A program made the position numbers and the translations under genes. Positions 59,869-64,000 of a DNA stretch of 64,000 bases are shown here, piece after piece. Positions within the stretch are counted from its first letter, which is position 1; each line of letters begins with the position of its first letter. Under the pieces are notes generated by a model. That model ran no database searches and had not been told where the DNA came from. It worked only from the letters and a program-made list of their open reading frames with translations. Source of the stretch: an uncultured Elusimicrobiales bacterium (GTDB lineage Bacteria > Elusimicrobiota > Elusimicrobia > Elusimicrobiales > Elusimicrobiaceae); NCBI GenBank assembly GCA_944324115.1, contig CALUVB010000010.1, positions 11,002 to 75,001 on the forward strand, in the 5' to 3' direction.

Positions 59869-60375
59869 ATGAAAAACAAACACAAATTATTCACCCAAAT
59901 GGCTGAATTAGTAGCGGCCCAGTCCACTTGCTGCCGTATGCAAGTGGGAGCTGTTTTGGTCAAAGAGAGCCGCGTCGTAAGCATAGGATTTAACGGATCT
60001 CCCTCCGGCCAAGAACATTGCTCGGACCATTTTGCTCAGCTCTACCAAACCACCTTTAAAGACCAGTTTGCTTCTTACGAAGATTTTCTTGCCAGCCGTA
60101 CATTTTACGATGCCCATGGCAAATGGTCTGTAGAAAATGAATTGCATGCGGAACAAAATGCGATTTTGTTCGCCGCCAAGAATGGTATTCCTACGGCAGG
60201 AAGCACCCTTTACATTACTTATTCCCCGTGCGTACACTGCGCCAAAGTCACCATTACGGCCGGCATTGTGCGGGTGTTTTACAAAAACCTATACGACCGC
60301 AGTCAAGACGGGTTACTTTTTTTGAATAAAAACGGCATTGAATGCCGCCAATTGACAGAAGAAGAATTAGCGTAA
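59869..60375 (+). CDS. dCMP deaminase
   Basis: STCCRMQVGAV, GFNG, HAEQNAI, SPCVHC zinc motifs. Start placed at ATG 59869. Confidence 0.9.
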   Translation: MKNKHKLFTQMAELVAAQSTCCRMQVGAVLVKESRVVSIGFNGSPSGQEHCSDHFAQLYQTTFKDQFASYEDFLASRTFYDAHGKWSVENELHAEQNAILFAAKNGIPTAGSTLYITYSPCVHCAKVTITAGIVRVFYKNLYDRSQDGLLFLNKNGIECRQLTEEELA

Positions 60376-60436
60376 AAGCAGGGAAAGGCCCTAACGTGCG
60401 TGGTCTGCCGCTCCATAAGGAAAGAAAATACTCTGC

Positions 60437-61342
60437 TTAAATAATACGGGCCTTTTGCAGATTATCCAACACTTCATCACTAAACGGAACCAAGCAAGCC
60501 GCATCTTCACACACACAGCAAGCGGCGCGGTTTGCCTCTTCATTTAAAAGAGCTAAATCCGCCCCGTTGAGCGCCCCCAAACAAAGCACCGCAGAAAAGG
60601 CGCCCGCACAGCCATAGGAATTGACAAACTGGTCCGCATAAAAACCGCCACAATCATAAATATGAGTCCGATCCACCAACAAACTTCCGTTTTCTCCGCG
60701 CGTGCAAGCCACAAAACGCAAGCCCTCATATTTGCCCAATAAAGTATGGGCCGTTTCTTCCGCGCCGGCGCCAGGGATATTCAGCCATTTGGCCAGGAAA
60801 GGCAGCTCCGAATGGGTAATTTTGGCTATGGTCGCCCGGCGAAATGACTGCTCCAAAATTTCTTCCGTGTAATAGGGAGCTCTCAAATGCAAAGCCAGCA
60901 CCCGCACCGCATGGGAATCTGTTTTGTCCAGAAATTCATAAACAGCCCGGCGGGAATCAGGCGAGCGTTGGCTTAACGTATCAAAAATAACGCCATCTAC
61001 TTGGCCGGCCACTTGCGCCAGCGGTGCAGTCATCGCCAAATGGTCCCAAGCGCAATCTTCTAAAATATGGTAGGAGGGGCTGCCATTTTCATTATAATGA
61101 ATACGGACTTCTCCGGTAAACTGTCCTTCCAGCAGCGCAACAAATTCAGAAGAAACACCCCGTTGCTGCAGCTCCCGCTGCACACGCCAGCCATGTTTAT
61201 CTTTTCCGACAGCCGACACCAATATTCCCTTGGCCCCCATTTCATTACAATACCATGCCGCTGCCGCCGGCAGGCCGCCTAAGCGGACTCCGGTAGGCAA
61301 TAGATTTAGCCACACTTCTCCTATAGCTGCAATTTGCCACAT
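60437..61342 (-). CDS. PfkB-family (fructokinase-like) protein with degenerate active site
   Basis: AVGKDKHG, DTLSQRS, TRGENGS; C-terminal signature reads NSYGCAGAF instead of DTxGAGDxF. Confidence 0.8.
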   Translation of the reverse strand: MWQIAAIGEVWLNLLPTGVRLGGLPAAAAWYCNEMGAKGILVSAVGKDKHGWRVQRELQQRGVSSEFVALLEGQFTGEVRIHYNENGSPSYHILEDCAWDHLAMTAPLAQVAGQVDGVIFDTLSQRSPDSRRAVYEFLDKTDSHAVRVLALHLRAPYYTEEILEQSFRRATIAKITHSELPFLAKWLNIPGAGAEETAHTLLGKYEGLRFVACTRGENGSLLVDRTHIYDCGGFYADQFVNSYGCAGAFSAVLCLGALNGADLALLNEEANRAACCVCEDAACLVPFSDEVLDNLQKARII

Positions 61343-61440
61343 AACATATCTCTCGGTATGCTAGTAGAATACAATATTTTCAGAAAAATAAACAATAGCC
61401 GTACAATACTATTTTCCAACCGGCTTCTTTTTTTAATATA

Positions 61441-62091
61441 ATGAAATATATGGAAAACAAAAATCAAGAAACTCTGTCTTCTTATGTTTTAAAACTTATC
61501 GATGTCTGCAAAGCCCATAAAACCGTCTTGCTGACGGCAGTAATTGCGATTGCCATAGTAGGAGGCGGCTGGGGGTTGTATTCATCTCATAAAGAAAAAG
61601 TGATGCAAAATTCTTGGGCTCAGTTTTATAATGCCCAACTTTTGCTGCTCACGCAAGGCCCGGCACAAGGAATTGCTGCCATTGACCAGCTTAACGCCGA
61701 TTATCCCGGCTCAGACGCCGCTTATTATGGGCGTCTTATGCAGGCGGATTTATTGTTTACGGAAGAAAATTATGCTCAGTCCGTAGATATATATAAAGAA
61801 TTGCTACGGGCCCATAATCCTTATGTACGCCAAATAGCGGCTGTCTCTTTGGGGGCGGCGCAACAAGCGGTACAAGATTATGCCCAATCTATTGAAACGC
61901 TGCAAAAGTTCATCACAGAAAACCCTTCCAGCTTCGCCCTGCCGCAAGCTTATTTTACCCTAGCCATCAGCCAAGAATTGTCCGGGGATAAAACCGCTGC
62001 GCTGGAAACCTATAAAAAAGTGCTGGAAGATTATACCAAAACATATTTTGGTGTCTTTGCTAAAGACAAAATCAATCAATTAACCAAATAG
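61441..62091 (+). CDS. TPR protein, YfgM-like
   Basis: N-terminal TM (IAIAIVGGGWGLY), then TPR helices (YPGSDAAYY, AYFTLA). Confidence 0.8.
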   Translation: MKYMENKNQETLSSYVLKLIDVCKAHKTVLLTAVIAIAIVGGGWGLYSSHKEKVMQNSWAQFYNAQLLLLTQGPAQGIAAIDQLNADYPGSDAAYYGRLMQADLLFTEENYAQSVDIYKELLRAHNPYVRQIAAVSLGAAQQAVQDYAQSIETLQKFITENPSSFALPQAYFTLAISQELSGDKTAALETYKKVLEDYTKTYFGVFAKDKINQLTK

Positions 62092-62163
62092 CATAACTCC
62101 CTTTTCGTTTCAACGGAAAGGGGGTTTTCTTTTGTAATACATCTATTACGACTAGGACTCACT

Positions 62164-63408
62164 ATGCAAAAAATAATCAAAACGTTAGCCGTACTCGTCT
62201 TACCGGTATTATTCTGCGCCGACGTGCAGGGTGCCGGATTTGCGCTGTATGAATTCAGCGCCAGAGGCACTGCTATGGGCGGTGCCACTATGGCCAATAA
62301 AGCAGAAGCTGCCTCTTTGGCCTACAACCCGGCTTTAATTACGGAGCTGGAAGGCACACAGGCACAACTGGGCCTAACCGTGGTAACCGCAGATGCGACC
62401 ACTTCCGTAATGGGGCAATCCCGCTCATTGAAAAATGATACCTGGTATCTGCCCAATTTCTTTATTACCCAAAAATGGAATGATCAAGTATCCGTTGGTT
62501 TAGGCGGTTTTTCCCGCTATGGTTTAGGCGGAGAATACGACGGAAATATCCAAACATGGCCCGGCAGCAACTTAGCCTATAAAGTAAAAGTGGAAACCTT
62601 CTCTTTTACTCCGACCATTGCCGTCAAAGCAAATGACGAGCTGTCCATCGCTATGGGATTGGAAGCCATGATCATTGGTTTCTCCCAAAGCTCTTTCTTT
62701 AATTTGGCCGCACCCGGCGTAAAATACGACATAAGCGGTTCCGGCGTAAGCTGGGGGGGAAACTTCTCTTTATTGTACCGACCCCACTGGGCGGAAAAAT
62801 GGGCCTTGGGTGCAATGTACCGCTCCAAAATCAAACAGAACTTAAACGGTCGCATTGATGCCGGAGGCAACACCATTCCTTCCATCAATATCAAGGGAGG
62901 AAACGCCGAAGGCGCCATCACGCTGCCTGACAGCATTTCTGCCGGCATTTCTTATCAAGCTACAGACAAATGGGTATTGGAAGCTGGCATCGTAGGTACA
63001 TTCTGGAGTTCTTACGACCAAATTTTAATTCAATACAAAGACAACAGCAGCAATCCCTTTGTCTATAACAACAAAAATTACAAAGATGTATATCGTTTGA
63101 ACTTTGGTACGGAATACCAGTTAAACAAAAACTGGGCTTTGCGTGCCGGGTATGTGTATGATAAGTCTCCTATCAACGAGAAAGAAATGGATACGCTGGT
63201 GCCTGTAGATGACCGCCAGATTGCTTCCATTGGCGTTGGCTACAGTCAAGAACGTTGGAGCGTGGATTTGGCCTATGCCCATATCTTTGCCAAAGATTTA
63301 AGCGGCATTTCCAGCCAGATGTCGGATAAATTGGGAGCTCCCGTATCTTTGGAATATACCGACGGAAAGAGCGATATTTTCTCTATCACGTTTGGATATA
63401 AATTCTAA
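62164..63408 (+). CDS. FadL/OmpP1 family outer-membrane transporter
   Basis: Signal peptide; GFALYEFSA...MGGA, YNPA, LRAGYVYDKSP; terminal YKF. Confidence 0.92.
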   Translation: MQKIIKTLAVLVLPVLFCADVQGAGFALYEFSARGTAMGGATMANKAEAASLAYNPALITELEGTQAQLGLTVVTADATTSVMGQSRSLKNDTWYLPNFFITQKWNDQVSVGLGGFSRYGLGGEYDGNIQTWPGSNLAYKVKVETFSFTPTIAVKANDELSIAMGLEAMIIGFSQSSFFNLAAPGVKYDISGSGVSWGGNFSLLYRPHWAEKWALGAMYRSKIKQNLNGRIDAGGNTIPSINIKGGNAEGAITLPDSISAGISYQATDKWVLEAGIVGTFWSSYDQILIQYKDNSSNPFVYNNKNYKDVYRLNFGTEYQLNKNWALRAGYVYDKSPINEKEMDTLVPVDDRQIASIGVGYSQERWSVDLAYAHIFAKDLSGISSQMSDKLGAPVSLEYTDGKSDIFSITFGYKF

Positions 63409-63421
63409 AAAAGCCTTACGC

Positions 63422-63451
63422 AAAAACCCCCGGCTAAGCCGGGGGTTTTTT
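63422..63451 (+). terminator. FadL terminator
   Basis: AAAAACCCCCGGC-taa-GCCGGGGGTTTTTT. Confidence 0.85.
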
Positions 63452-63721
63452 ATCTCACAGGCTCAACAATATGCCACAGCCGCCTATCAGAAAGCGTTTC
63501 TTACACGGCTTTATTTTTTCCAGCCTCCGGAGATAAAGAACCCCGCCCTTCGCCACTCAGGACCAGCCTTGGTCCCCTTTGTTTCCCTTCCGCCGTCTAT
63601 GTAAAAAATCTTGACAAAACGAAACAGCAAGTAATCTTCACACCGCCCCATGCACGGCTTTCTCCTTGTTATACTGTCCGGTTTTGGGATAGGGCCGATT
63701 TTGCTTTACATTCCGGCACAA

Positions 63722-64000
63722 TCACAAGGTAAATGTTTCTCCGTCTGACAACAAAACCACATGCTCCCGGGGGCAAAGTGTCTGGAGACGTTGAGGAAAG
63801 TCCGTATGAATAGGAAGGACAAAACGGGGACTCGTCTTTTCAATAATTCGCCTCAAATCCTGCTGGCTGGCATGCCCGCTGGTGTGCAAAGAAGCCCATT
63901 GGCCCGTCAGACGCAAAAAAGAAGGCAACGTGCTGCGCTCTTGTTGCAGGTAGCCGTTCCACATGCAATAGAGCAAAATACTTTGCTGCGGATCAAAAGA
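63722..64000 (-). CDS. 3' end of an MBL-fold/beta-CASP (RNase J-like) hydrolase, truncated by the window edge
   Basis: Frame open to base 64000; YCMWNGY, LHTSGHAS...PIHT (RMMBL motif). Confidence 0.82.
   Translation of the reverse strand, partial: SFDPQQSILLYCMWNGYLQQERSTLPSFLRLTGQWASLHTSGHASQQDLRRIIEKTSPRFVLPIHTDFPQRLQTLCPREHVVLLSDGETFTL

Noticed and set aside
63793-63803. GAGGAAAGTCC, the RNase P RNA signature
   Set aside because: It lies antisense to the conserved PIHTDFP coding motif of the MBL gene and lacks the usual GGGC continuation; treated as chance. An Rfam scan extending past the window would settle it.

Overview
Bacterial chromosomal window from a diderm, probably anaerobic organism. 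The PilE-type pilin ([33 protein letters not shown]), HydE, clostridial-type ferredoxin and outer-membrane barrels fit Elusimicrobiota (Elusimicrobiaceae); this is inference, not a database result. About 50 CDS are present, including groES-groEL with a CIRCE operator, gap-pgk, secG, a Ser/Thr kinase-PP2C pair, pepT, a FeoA-FeoB fusion, two LtaS-family proteins, a RecB-type nuclease, a sirtuin, a K+ channel, a TolC/MFP/ABC exporter, an ECF sigma/anti-sigma pair and FadL. There are two tRNAs (Leu-GAG, Arg-TCT), and I found no integrase, transposase, cas gene or rRNA. The most unusual features are: (1) four stacked copies of the pgk 3' end plus terminator, joined at a palindromic core, with one copy differing only at synonymous sites, which suggests a recurrent recombination or integration site inside pgk; (2) next to it, a pilin gene with a T12 tract between its -35 and -10 boxes and an apparently leaderless start; (3) a complete Chlamydia-type aaxABC arginine/agmatine exchange operon; (4) several apparent pseudo-enzymes (trypsin fold, LtaS, PfkB) and a tandem PC4 ssDNA-binding protein.
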